Assembly: GCA_021810245.1 (NCBI GenBank)
Contig: JAJZJF010000001.1
Coordinates: 5,582 to 69,581 of the forward strand
Source: a bacterium
Lineage (GTDB): Bacteria > Elusimicrobiota > Elusimicrobia > UBA1565 > UBA9628
Length of the DNA: 64,000 nt
Direction: 5' to 3'
Of the stretch, positions 49,909 to 59,373 are shown in pieces. Position numbers and translations under genes: made by a program. Numbering within the stretch: position 1 is the stretch's first letter; every line of letters begins with the position of its first letter. The notes beneath the pieces were generated by a model that had not been told where the DNA came from, ran no database searches, and was given only the letters and a program-made list of their open reading frames with translations.

Positions 49909-49978
49909 AAATCCCGCGAACTCCCGAACTTTCGCGCGATTGACGACGTAATAATTAATAGAGACGCTTTGACTGGAC

Positions 49979-51331
49979 ATGACAAAAACGCTCTTTCTTT
50001 TCTTATCGGGAACTTGCGCCAGTCTCTTAACGCCAATCAATCTCAAGGCCGCCGCGTTCCCCCAACTCTCCAACCCCGCTCCGATCTTGACTCCGGGCTC
50101 AAGCGCCAACGAGCAAGTCTCCAGAATTGAAAAGAAAAAAATCTGGCCTCACGCGGCGGTTTTGCGCGCCCTCTCAAACTGCTGGAAACCCACTTGCTGG
50201 CCTTGGAAGAGCTCGATTTCGGAAATAAAAACGGAAAAAGAGACCGTAAAAAAATATCCCACCCCTATTCCCAAGATAAAACCGACGCAGCGCAAAAAAA
50301 TGCGAGTTCTACTCAAAAATCTAAGTTCCAAATATCCCCAAGATATACTCAAATCTTTAACGCAAGAAAATACTTCTGCCGCCAAGAAAATCAAGATCCT
50401 CAACCGTTTTGACAAGGAACAGACTCTCTTGATCCATCAATACTGGCCCCATTGGAAAGATCCCGCGGCTCAAAATTCCGCCACGCCAATCACTGTTGGC
50501 GGAGGCTCGGGAAAAACATCCGGCGAAAAGAAGAAAAACAAAAAAAACGGAATTTCAGGCGGAACAGGCGCAGGCTCAGGTGGAGGCGGGAGTGGGAGCG
50601 GTAGTGGTGGAGGAGGTGGTGGTGGCGGAGGCGGCGCTTCTTCTCCCAGCTCAAATCAATCTCCAAAAAATTCCAATTCAAAAACCGCTTCTCTTCCGAC
50701 CCCGCCTAAGCCTTCCCCCAAACCAATTCCAAAACTTAAAAAAGCTCCCGCGCCCAAAATCAAAAAATCTACCCCCCAAATCCAACATGCTCCCACGGTC
50801 CTCCCAGCGGCAAAAAAATCGGCCGCGCCAAAGCCGGTAAACTCAAAGCCTCCGCTTCTTAATCCAAAAGCCGCTACTCCCATAAATTCTCATCTTCAAA
50901 AGCCTATTTCCGCATCCAAAGCCAAGAAAAAATCGCCCAGAACTCAAATTCCCAAAAAGAGACCCGGCCTCACGCCCAATTTCCCTCCCTTAAAAAGCAA
51001 TCCGCCTCCCCAAACAGGGAAAAATGCGGCTCCAGGCTTAGGACTGTCGAATCAAAGCGAAAAAACTCTGCCTAAAAGCCTAAAAACTCGAAGGGCCAAG
51101 AACTCATTTCCCCTCGGGGCAGAGACTGCACTGGCACAAAAAGAGACGGCAATCCCGCCAACTAATCCAGCTGTTCCGCAAAACCGTCAGGAAAAAGTCC
51201 AGACTGAGAGCCGCCCCTTGCCCCTTGATTCCATGAGCCCGCCTTCCAAAACCTCCAATCCCTCTCTTTTTTTACTCTCCTCTTCTCTAGGCGCCCTCGC
51301 CATTTTAATTTTCATCCTTTGGATGATTTAG
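49979..51331 (+). CDS. Low-complexity Gly-, Pro- and Lys-rich secreted protein with a C-terminal hydrophobic anchor
   Basis: It has a signal peptide, a G/S tract (GGGGSGSGSGGGGGGGGGG), a PKP-rich central region, and a C-terminus LFLLSSSLGALAILIFILWMI. Confidence 0.55.
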   Translation: MTKTLFLFLSGTCASLLTPINLKAAAFPQLSNPAPILTPGSSANEQVSRIEKKKIWPHAAVLRALSNCWKPTCWPWKSSISEIKTEKETVKKYPTPIPKIKPTQRKKMRVLLKNLSSKYPQDILKSLTQENTSAAKKIKILNRFDKEQTLLIHQYWPHWKDPAAQNSATPITVGGGSGKTSGEKKKNKKNGISGGTGAGSGGGGSGSGSGGGGGGGGGGASSPSSNQSPKNSNSKTASLPTPPKPSPKPIPKLKKAPAPKIKKSTPQIQHAPTVLPAAKKSAAPKPVNSKPPLLNPKAATPINSHLQKPISASKAKKKSPRTQIPKKRPGLTPNFPPLKSNPPPQTGKNAAPGLGLSNQSEKTLPKSLKTRRAKNSFPLGAETALAQKETAIPPTNPAVPQNRQEKVQTESRPLPLDSMSPPSKTSNPSLFLLSSSLGALAILIFILWMI

Positions 51332-51391
51332 TCCTTGCCCAAGAAACAATTTAGGACTTGAAAATTTCCTGTTTGGGGGTTATAAAAGGGT

Positions 51392-52534
51392 ATGCGGCTT
51401 TCTCGAGGGCAAATTCTGATACCGGCTCTTTTGATGTTTCCGACTTTAATGCTTTTTGTCTATTTAATATTTGAGACCGCGAAACTCTCCCGAGAAAAAA
51501 TACGCCATCAATTCGCCATTGATTCCGCCGCCTTCGTCGAAATGACCAATTATTCCGATTTTCTCAATCGCACGGCCTACGTCAACGGGGCTTTCCCTAT
51601 GCGCATTTTCTATGAGGGGTTTCATTCGACTCAATTAACCAATCTGGGAAAAAGCAATTGCGATGCCGCCGTCAATCAATACGCGACCGGAGGATCGTTG
51701 GCTCTAGATGATCTTCTCTACGCGGAAGGCGCCTTTCCCCGCGATCCCGCTTACGCCTATAGCGATTCTGAAGCTCCGGGATCTGCCTCATGGAAAATTG
51801 CTTACGACCCTGCTTCTGTCCGCGGCCCTAATCTCAATACTCCCACCCCGACAAATTTTGATTCCTCTAATGCGCATAATGATTCTCAGGGGAAAAACTG
51901 TCAGCAGACCCCATGTCTAACCCTCATCAGCGAACAAACCGCCAATTGTTGGAATATCAATTGGCAGGACGCCACCGAGGTCATGAATCTCTATGTCCAA
52001 ATCTATCAGCTCCTGGGTTCGGTTGAATCCGCGCAATTTTCGGTTTTGCAACGCCTGGCCAATGGACATCAGTTTTTCACCAAATCCTATTGGCTCAATC
52101 TCGGCACTCAAGAAGCCCTCAGCGAAGCCCAAGGGGTTAGTTTTCCTCCGGTCAATTTTATGAGCGGCATCCAAATGCACTGCGTGCCCGCCCTTTTTTA
52201 CTATGCCAATAAACTGATGCCGGGAAATATGTATCAACCATATGGAATATTCAACAACACCCCCGGAACCACTATGACCAGTTCTATTAGCGGATGCGAC
52301 GGGCTTTTTCAATTGGCCAGCGTCAACCCCAGCGTCATTGAATCAGCGGAACAGGGAAGCCCTTACCCTGGATGGCCGGCCTCGATTAGCTGGACGCCGC
52401 CCCAGAATTCTTTTAATGTCCCCCTGAGCCCGGCCCAGGTCCACGCCACCGTGTCTTTGTGGCCAGGAGCCAATGATGAGGCTTCGGTCTGGCCCGATCC
52501 CACGCCCCATTTTCAGACGAGGCTATACCCATGA
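51392..52534 (+). CDS. TadE/TadG-like pseudopilin-family protein (380 aa)
   Basis: The N-terminus RGQILIPALLMFPTLMLFVYLIFETAK fits the TadE-like pattern rGQ..v...P.ll.l....E. Confidence 0.5.
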   Translation: MRLSRGQILIPALLMFPTLMLFVYLIFETAKLSREKIRHQFAIDSAAFVEMTNYSDFLNRTAYVNGAFPMRIFYEGFHSTQLTNLGKSNCDAAVNQYATGGSLALDDLLYAEGAFPRDPAYAYSDSEAPGSASWKIAYDPASVRGPNLNTPTPTNFDSSNAHNDSQGKNCQQTPCLTLISEQTANCWNINWQDATEVMNLYVQIYQLLGSVESAQFSVLQRLANGHQFFTKSYWLNLGTQEALSEAQGVSFPPVNFMSGIQMHCVPALFYYANKLMPGNMYQPYGIFNNTPGTTMTSSISGCDGLFQLASVNPSVIESAEQGSPYPGWPASISWTPPQNSFNVPLSPAQVHATVSLWPGANDEASVWPDPTPHFQTRLYP

Positions 52535-53049
52535 AAAAGGGGACTGTCCCTTTTTTGGCTTTTAAGAAGAAAAGGGGACTGTCCCCTTTTTCAGGCCAGG
52601 CGACGACCGAAACGGTGTTGCTGTTTCCAATCTTCATGTTTTTTCTTTTTGTCTTCGCCAAAATATTCGCGATGTTAATTTTAGTTCAAAAAATGGAAAT
52701 CGCATCCTACTACGGAGCGCGGCGATGGCAGCTTGAATCCCACAGAAATGAAACCGTGTTTTCGGACAACGGGCTTCAAAGCGACATTCAACAGAAAGTG
52801 AGCTCCTATCTTGGATACGGAAGTCCCTCGCAGAGTTTTTTAGGCTTGGCCCCGACCGGATCCAACGGAGGGGCTTCTTTTCAGTGCACGCCAACTGAGT
52901 TTTGGCAGGTTTGCACGCTCAAAGTTAAAACCCAACCCATTGACATCGCCTGGATGTATCAATCCCCGGGATACACTTTCGAGGTGACAAAATATGTGCC
53001 GCACCGCGACCGTCCAATACCATTTGTCCTTCCGGGAATGGGACCTTGA
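52531..53049 (+). CDS. TadE-like protein (172 aa)
   Basis: SGQATTETVLLFPIFMFFLFVFAKIFA fits the TadE-like N-terminal motif. It overlaps the previous gene (ATGA). Confidence 0.5.
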   Translation: MKKGTVPFLAFKKKRGLSPFSGQATTETVLLFPIFMFFLFVFAKIFAMLILVQKMEIASYYGARRWQLESHRNETVFSDNGLQSDIQQKVSSYLGYGSPSQSFLGLAPTGSNGGASFQCTPTEFWQVCTLKVKTQPIDIAWMYQSPGYTFEVTKYVPHRDRPIPFVLPGMGP

Positions 53050-53092
53050 TTTTAATGAGAGTCAGTATATTGATATATTCTAAGGAGTTTCT

Positions 53093-54898
53093 ATGATCGC
53101 CTCTTATATTATCGAAGTCGCCGTTAGCATCGCGTTCCTATCTGTTTTGATGCTGTTGATCGGCCCGGGGAAACACGGAAGCCTTAAGGCTCGAATTTGG
53201 CTTTTTTTTCAACGCAATTGGCTGTGGTTTGCGATCGTCGCGGGAGTAATTATATCCATTGTCATCCCCATTTGGTACATGGCCGGAATGGAAGAAAGCG
53301 TGCGCAAATATATCATTGGAATTAATATCGCCTCTCTGCCCTGGGGCATCATCCAAACTCTCGTCTTTGTCGGGTTTCTTTATTTACTCCAATACGGCGG
53401 GGGATTTGCCCAATTCAGAAAATCTCGGGTCAAAGAGGGCCATGTCAATGTCCGGTTTTCGGATGTGATCGGCCTCAATGAGGCCAAAAAAGACGCTTGG
53501 GAAATGGTCCAACTTATTAAGGACCGCGCGGTTCTAAAAAAAGTCGGCGGAAAAATTCTACATGGGATGCTCATGGTCGGGCCTCCAGGATGCGGAAAAA
53601 CGCTGATGGCCAAGGCGATAGCGACGGAAGCCGGAGTCCCATTTTTGTCGGCTTCCGGTTCAGAATTTGTCGAAGTTTTTGTTGGGGTCGGGGCGGCCCG
53701 CGTCAGAAAACTTTTCAAACAAGCCCGGCAATTTTCCAAGGCCTACGGGGCCTGCATCATCTTTATCGACGAATTGGAGGTTCTAGGACGTTCTCGGGTT
53801 TATCTTGACGCCTTTGGCGGAAACCAGGAAGGAAATCAAACCCTCAATCAACTTTTAGTTGAAATGGACGGTCTCAATGACGACGGAAGCCCGATTGTCG
53901 TCATCGGAGCGATGAACGCTCAAGAAGAGGTCTTAGACGCCGCGCTATTGCGCCCCGGACGATTCGACCGCACGATTGCCATCGGACGCCCAAATCTCCA
54001 GGAACGGACCGAAATTTTTGAATATTACGCGAAAAAAATTAATCTTGATCCCGCCATTGATATCGCGCGTTTGGCGAGAAAGGCGGTTTATAAAACCCCG
54101 GCAGAAATAGAAAATATCCTTAAAGAATCGGCCCTAATCGCAACGAGAGACCGGAGAGAAGTCATCACTTATAAAGATATTTCCGCAGCTATTGAAAGAA
54201 TCGAACTCGGCGTCGCCCATCGCCTCAACATGACGCCTCGTGAAAGAGAAATGACCGCGTTTCACGAAGCGGGACACCTCCTTATTCTCTATTTGACGCA
54301 TCCAACCAATGACGTCTTTAAGGCATCCATCATTCAGCGCGGAGGAATCTTGGGCGTCGTTCATTCCATTCCCAGAGAAGAACTCTTTAGTTCGGATATG
54401 AACACGCTCAAAGCCCATATCAAGGTCGCCCTGGGGGGATATGTCGCAGAAAAATTAAGATTCGGAGTGACGACCGACGGCGTAGCGTCGGATTTTTCAA
54501 ACGCGACCAATATCGCCCACAATATGGTTTGGAGATACGGAATGGGCGAAAAGGGATTTGTCGGAGATTACACCCGCATCCCAAAAGAGCAATTATCCGA
54601 AGCTCTCAAAGAGCGCCTCAACGCCGCGACTCAAAGGCTCCTTCAACAATCAATGGAAGAAGTCGAAATGACGCTAAAAACGGAATCGACAATTTTGGAG
54701 CGTTTCGCGCAAGAACTTCTCAAACGCGATGAGCTTGATTACGATGAAATTGTGGCCATTTTCAAGGAATACGGAAAGCCGCCAAAATCTCTTCCCTCAA
54801 GTTCCGAAGTATCCCAGCCAAAAGCGGAGCCAGCCTTGCCCGTCATCGCCAGCAATGAGACCAAAAATCCTAATGAATCTTTAAAGCCGTTAGAATAA
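53093..54898 (+). CDS. FtsH-family AAA+ zinc metalloprotease paralogue with an atypical multi-TM N-terminus
   Basis: Walker A GPPGCGKT, second region of homology, HEAGH zinc motif. The N-terminus has 3-4 TM helices with no large periplasmic domain. Confidence 0.8.
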   Translation: MIASYIIEVAVSIAFLSVLMLLIGPGKHGSLKARIWLFFQRNWLWFAIVAGVIISIVIPIWYMAGMEESVRKYIIGINIASLPWGIIQTLVFVGFLYLLQYGGGFAQFRKSRVKEGHVNVRFSDVIGLNEAKKDAWEMVQLIKDRAVLKKVGGKILHGMLMVGPPGCGKTLMAKAIATEAGVPFLSASGSEFVEVFVGVGAARVRKLFKQARQFSKAYGACIIFIDELEVLGRSRVYLDAFGGNQEGNQTLNQLLVEMDGLNDDGSPIVVIGAMNAQEEVLDAALLRPGRFDRTIAIGRPNLQERTEIFEYYAKKINLDPAIDIARLARKAVYKTPAEIENILKESALIATRDRREVITYKDISAAIERIELGVAHRLNMTPREREMTAFHEAGHLLILYLTHPTNDVFKASIIQRGGILGVVHSIPREELFSSDMNTLKAHIKVALGGYVAEKLRFGVTTDGVASDFSNATNIAHNMVWRYGMGEKGFVGDYTRIPKEQLSEALKERLNAATQRLLQQSMEEVEMTLKTESTILERFAQELLKRDELDYDEIVAIFKEYGKPPKSLPSSSEVSQPKAEPALPVIASNETKNPNESLKPLE

Positions 54899-55481
54899 AC
54901 TGAACCCCTATCGCGGCCAGCATAAGACCCATTAAGCGCGTAATGATATTGAGAACAGTTGGCCCCAGGCGTTTGGCTCCGGAGCTGGAAAAAGTCAAGA
55001 TCAAATAAGACAAGGCGGCGACTGCGGCAATCGTCAAATAAAGAATCCCCCGCCTCCCCCAGCCATGCGCGCGGTCAGACAAAACAATCGCGGTCGTAAT
55101 GGCCCCCGGGCCGGCCAACATTGGAACGGCCAGTGGAGTAATGGCGATGTCTTCTTTCGCCATTCCCTCGCGGGTTTCTTCTTCGGTTTCTTGTAAAGGA
55201 GAGCGCTTGGCGCGAAGCATGTCTAAAGCGGAGAGAAGAACAATCAAGCCGCCCGCAACCTGAAAAGCGGCCAAGGTAATTCCAAAAAGGCTAAAAATTT
55301 CGCTTCCCAAAAGGGCGAAGGCCGTTAAAATCAGCCAACAAACGATGCAGGCCGTTCGAGCGGTGTGCTGGCGATCTTGAGAATCTAATTTTTCCGTCAT
55401 CGCCAGAAACGCTGGAATTGCGGCAAAAGGATCGACGATCGCAAAAAGCGACCCGAAAGTTAAAAGGAAATATCCAACCAT
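54870..55481 (-). CDS. MarC-family (UPF0056) integral membrane protein
   Basis: FGSLFAIVDPFAAIPAFLAM is a MarC family signature. There are about 6 TM helices. Confidence 0.75.
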   Translation of the reverse strand: MVGYFLLTFGSLFAIVDPFAAIPAFLAMTEKLDSQDRQHTARTACIVCWLILTAFALLGSEIFSLFGITLAAFQVAGGLIVLLSALDMLRAKRSPLQETEEETREGMAKEDIAITPLAVPMLAGPGAITTAIVLSDRAHGWGRRGILYLTIAAVAALSYLILTFSSSGAKRLGPTVLNIITRLMGLMLAAIGVQFILTALKIH

Positions 55482-55493
55482 TTCACGATTGTA

Positions 55494-57032
55494 TCAAAAC
55501 GCCATGACTATCGATGTTCCCGTCAGATAGACATTGTCTAAGCGGTAGCCGGGCACGCTCGTATAGGTATAAGCGCTGGTCGCAATCCCGTGCAAATTCC
55601 AATAAGAGTATTCGAGCTTGAACCAAAAATGATCGCTGAGCTGCCAATCAATCGCGGCGGTATATTTATCCATGACGGAAGTCGCATAACCGTTTGCGGG
55701 ATTAATCGCGGTCACGGAGGGATATAAGGTATCGTCTAAGGTCTGATTATCCAAGAGGTCTTCCACCGGGCCCCTTCGATACATTTGGTTATAGACCAGA
55801 ACGCCCATGACGTCTTTGCCGAATTTAGGATGGCGAATCAGAGGAGCCGAGGCCTGAACGAAATACCCGTAATTTTCCTCCGCGCTTTCCCCCAATAGAG
55901 AATTACAACCAGTGGAGGTCCCCGCAGACAAACAGGGAGGACCGGAAGCCTGAAGATAATTCCCATTGGATTCAAGCGGAGCTATAAACTGAGTGTAACT
56001 GTAAATGCCTTGTCCTGAAAAATTAAGCCCGAGATAATCGAAACTCCAGTCCACTGAATAAATTTGATAGTTTAAATTCCCCTCTAGGTTGTACTGCCCA
56101 TCCATCCCGGACAGGTCCATCGTAACGCCTTTTAAATCGGAAGCGCCTTCCGGAAAAGGCCAGGGAAAACGCAAGTCTCCCAATGCCCAGACCAAGCGCG
56201 CGCCGACCGATTTTTGATTATTGTTGTCGGCCAAATTATTGTCCTGATGCCCAAAATCAATATTGGTTCCATTGCCGGGAATGGGAGGAACGCCAAGGTT
56301 TCCGGTGTTTGGAAAAGTGCGCAGGCGATTATTAGATTCCCCCAAGCCGTTGACCACATAAAAAGTGATCTCATCGGGAATCAGAGGGTTTTTAATGGGA
56401 GGATAGAAACTCGTCCGCGCTCCGATGTCGGTATATCCAATACTGACCGGAGGAGTTGGAGAGTTAGCGCGAACGACAAAGCCGGGGTTTTCCGGCGAAA
56501 CCATGGATAACGGCTGCGTAATCGTCAGATAATCTTCCGGGCGATAAAGCTCGTTATAACGCCCGAATGGAACGATGAATTTCCCAAGCTGAAAATCCCA
56601 ATTCTGAATTTTCTGATAGCTGAAATTAAGTTGATTGAGCTGAATGGAGCCCTGCCCAGTTGTTGGCATATGCCACTCGGCTACGATAGGAACGCTATCG
56701 ACGATCGGCCCGTTAAAACCCGCGTACATTCCCCCCATATAAACATCGTCTTGAACCTGCGTTTCATAACCGGGATAGCGGGGGCCAATATTAATCCAAT
56801 CAAGGGACATGCTCCCCGTGGGACGCAATCGCGAAAAGTGCGCGAGAAAACTATCCACGGCTCCTGATTTGGAACCCGAGGCTGAGCCCGTTGAGAGGTC
56901 CGCCGAAAAACCGATCGCTTGAGAGGCCGAGACAAGGCAAAAAATCAACCAAAAAGCGCAAAGGGCTATTTCTTGACAGCGAGAGAGAAAAGAGCTAACA
57001 TGAAAGCGTCGCATCGTTTTAAATCTTATCAA
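55494..57032 (-). CDS. Putative outer-membrane beta-barrel protein
   Basis: It has a signal peptide, alternating amphipathic beta-strand-like segments, and a C-terminal aromatic residue (…SIVMAF). Confidence 0.5.
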   Translation of the reverse strand: MIRFKTMRRFHVSSFLSRCQEIALCAFWLIFCLVSASQAIGFSADLSTGSASGSKSGAVDSFLAHFSRLRPTGSMSLDWINIGPRYPGYETQVQDDVYMGGMYAGFNGPIVDSVPIVAEWHMPTTGQGSIQLNQLNFSYQKIQNWDFQLGKFIVPFGRYNELYRPEDYLTITQPLSMVSPENPGFVVRANSPTPPVSIGYTDIGARTSFYPPIKNPLIPDEITFYVVNGLGESNNRLRTFPNTGNLGVPPIPGNGTNIDFGHQDNNLADNNNQKSVGARLVWALGDLRFPWPFPEGASDLKGVTMDLSGMDGQYNLEGNLNYQIYSVDWSFDYLGLNFSGQGIYSYTQFIAPLESNGNYLQASGPPCLSAGTSTGCNSLLGESAEENYGYFVQASAPLIRHPKFGKDVMGVLVYNQMYRRGPVEDLLDNQTLDDTLYPSVTAINPANGYATSVMDKYTAAIDWQLSDHFWFKLEYSYWNLHGIATSAYTYTSVPGYRLDNVYLTGTSIVMAF

Positions 57033-57053
57033 ACAAACAGGGAGAAGAGTTCA

Positions 57054-57368
57054 ATGGCTCATGTCATCAACGAAGCCTGCTTAGGGGAAGTGTACGCTTC
57101 ATGCGTCGATGTCTGCCCGGTTGAGTGCATTCATCCGGGAGATTACAAGGGTCAGCCGTTTATGATCATTGATCCAGAGGTCTGCATTGACTGCGGCGTC
57201 TGCCTCCCAGAATGTCCGATTGGGGCGATTGTCGGCTCGGTTGACGAATCTCCAGAATGGGCCAAAGTTAACGCCGAATTAGCCCCTTCTTTTAAAAACA
57301 ATCCGAAAACAACGCCGCGTCCGGCCAACGATACGCCCAGGAAAGCCACTAACAAGTTGGTCAAATAG
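57054..57368 (+). CDS. 4Fe-4S ferredoxin
   Basis: MAHVINEACLGEVYASCVDVCPVECIH...CIDCGVCLPECP contains two Cys clusters. A GGGAGA RBS is present. Confidence 0.85.
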   Translation: MAHVINEACLGEVYASCVDVCPVECIHPGDYKGQPFMIIDPEVCIDCGVCLPECPIGAIVGSVDESPEWAKVNAELAPSFKNNPKTTPRPANDTPRKATNKLVK

Positions 57369-57375
57369 TTTTTGA

Positions 57376-59373
57376 TTGATCTCTATAAAAAGGCGAGTCG
57401 GCTTTTTGGGGGTCGGCGTTTTTTTGCTTCTCTTCGCGCCACGCGCTAAGGCTATGAGTTATACCTATCTGTGCCGAGCCCCGCTAGATTGGAAAGGCGC
57501 GGTTCTCTCGGGTCTCAAACCCATTCCATTTGAAGAAGGCCTTTTTGAAACCAGCGCCAGCTCTTCGGTTTTTCTGTCTCGGGTTATTTCATCCCCGATT
57601 CCCTTCGATCAGTTGATAGGTTCATGGAACGCAATTGTGCCTCTCCACAATTCTCTGCGGATGGAAGCGCGCGTTCAAATAGGAAATCGCTGGACGCCCT
57701 GGTTTATTCTTGGAACTCAAAAAGGAGCGCTTTTCTTCTCGCATAAAAGCGAAAAGAAATCTTCTACCGCCTTTGTCGATATCGACACTCTAAAACTAAA
57801 AAAAAGCTCTCGCGTTTTTCAATACCGCGTTTTATTCTCATCTCCTAAAAAACCGACGATTCTAAAACTTCTCGCCGTTAACGTCTCAAACCCGGAAGGA
57901 TACCGCCAAAAACCGCTTCCATTCAAGCCCGGCCCCTGGGTCAGGGAGCTCAAGGTTCAAGCCCGCTCTCAAATGCAGGAAGAAAAGAAATATCGGCGCA
58001 ATGTTTGCAGCCCCACTTCCCTGGGAATGGCGCTTGACTATTGGAAAATTCCCATTAAAACCGCAAAAATCGCCGAAGCAGTGCGGGATCAGACAACCCT
58101 TAATTTCGGAGATTGGACGTTTAACACCGCTTTTGCCGGCTCCTTGGGCCTTTTGTCATATGTTTCACGCTTTAACGACTTAAGCGAAGTCGAGAAAGAA
58201 ATCGCAAAAGGGCGGCCCGTCATCGCCAGCGTTTCTTTTAAAGCCGGAGAAATGCCTCGCGCTCCCATTCAAAAAACGGCGGGACACCTGCTTGTGATCA
58301 TCGGATTTACAAAAACGGGAGACGTCATCGTCAATGATCCCGCCGCGCCTAACGCTTCTTCCGTTAGACGAGTCTATCCAAGAGCTTCTTTCGATAAAGC
58401 CTGGAGAACTAACAAAAGAGGATTGGTTTATCTCCTCAGTACCCTTCAAGGCCTCTCGGCCATCATCGGAGTCCCGGTCTCGGATTTAATGTCTCAGCCG
58501 ACGCCCAAACTAAACAAGCTGAAAGTAAAGCTTGATGATCCAAAACACCTCTCGCAACTCCTCTATGGCGAGAAAATAACGATTTTAAAGGCCAAAGGCC
58601 AATGGGTTGAGATCGCGGCTGACGAACAAATGGATTTTAGAAATGGCCGCTGGCAGGGATATCAAGGCTGGGTTCAGGCTAAAGATATCTCCTTTGCCTT
58701 AAACCCGACCCCTAATTCGGTGGTCAGAATTAGGCAAGCCATTTTACACCGCGGCCAAGAATTTCTAAACCTATCGGTTGGCACCAGGCTTAGGAAACTT
58801 GGAAATAACGGCAGCCTTTCCATTGTTCAGCTTCCAGACGACACAACCGCCGAGATTGATTCCAGCGCTCTCTATCCTTCCCAGGATACAATAGACGCCC
58901 AGAGCCGAGCGGAAATTATCCGCACCGCCGAACTTTTTCTTGGAACCAGTTATTACTGGGGCGGCAGATCCGGAGTTCAACCCGACCTCTCCATCGGGGT
59001 TGATTGCTCGGGGCTCGTCAACCTCGCCTACCGGGTCATTGGAATCGACATCCCCAGGGATTCTTTCGCGCAAAAGCTCAAAAGCCTTCCAATTAACAAC
59101 ACGGAACTCAAAACAGGCGATCTTATTTTCTTAACCGATCCTAAAAATAAAAAACGCATCAGCCATGTCATGATATATACCGGCGGAGATGGATTTATCG
59201 AAAGCCGAAAATCATCCGGACAGGTTTTGCGCTCCTCGTTTAAAGAGAGATTTGGCCGTCCCTTGCGCGAAATTGCCACGGGTTCCGAAGTCACGGACTA
59301 CTCCTACCCAAGGCCCAAGAAAAGATTTATTTATTTTGGCTCTTATTTGGATCAACCACTTCATCCAAATTAA
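57376..59373 (+). CDS. Multidomain secreted cell-wall hydrolase (C39-like cysteine peptidase-like region, SH3b, C-terminal NlpC/P60)
   Basis: The NlpC/P60 domain is YYWGGRSG...GVDCSGLVNLAY...ISHVMIYTG. The central region is CSPTSLGMALDYW...GHLLVIIGF. A signal peptide ...APRAKA is present. Confidence 0.7.
   Translation: MISIKRRVGFLGVGVFLLLFAPRAKAMSYTYLCRAPLDWKGAVLSGLKPIPFEEGLFETSASSSVFLSRVISSPIPFDQLIGSWNAIVPLHNSLRMEARVQIGNRWTPWFILGTQKGALFFSHKSEKKSSTAFVDIDTLKLKKSSRVFQYRVLFSSPKKPTILKLLAVNVSNPEGYRQKPLPFKPGPWVRELKVQARSQMQEEKKYRRNVCSPTSLGMALDYWKIPIKTAKIAEAVRDQTTLNFGDWTFNTAFAGSLGLLSYVSRFNDLSEVEKEIAKGRPVIASVSFKAGEMPRAPIQKTAGHLLVIIGFTKTGDVIVNDPAAPNASSVRRVYPRASFDKAWRTNKRGLVYLLSTLQGLSAIIGVPVSDLMSQPTPKLNKLKVKLDDPKHLSQLLYGEKITILKAKGQWVEIAADEQMDFRNGRWQGYQGWVQAKDISFALNPTPNSVVRIRQAILHRGQEFLNLSVGTRLRKLGNNGSLSIVQLPDDTTAEIDSSALYPSQDTIDAQSRAEIIRTAELFLGTSYYWGGRSGVQPDLSIGVDCSGLVNLAYRVIGIDIPRDSFAQKLKSLPINNTELKTGDLIFLTDPKNKKRISHVMIYTGGDGFIESRKSSGQVLRSSFKERFGRPLREIATGSEVTDYSYPRPKKRFIYFGSYLDQPLHPN

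Noticed and set aside
50560-50640. GGN-rich tandem nucleotide repeat
   Set aside because: It is the in-frame codon repeat for a poly-Gly/Ser tract inside the 49979..51331 CDS. It is not a CRISPR, a minisatellite or a noncoding repeat.
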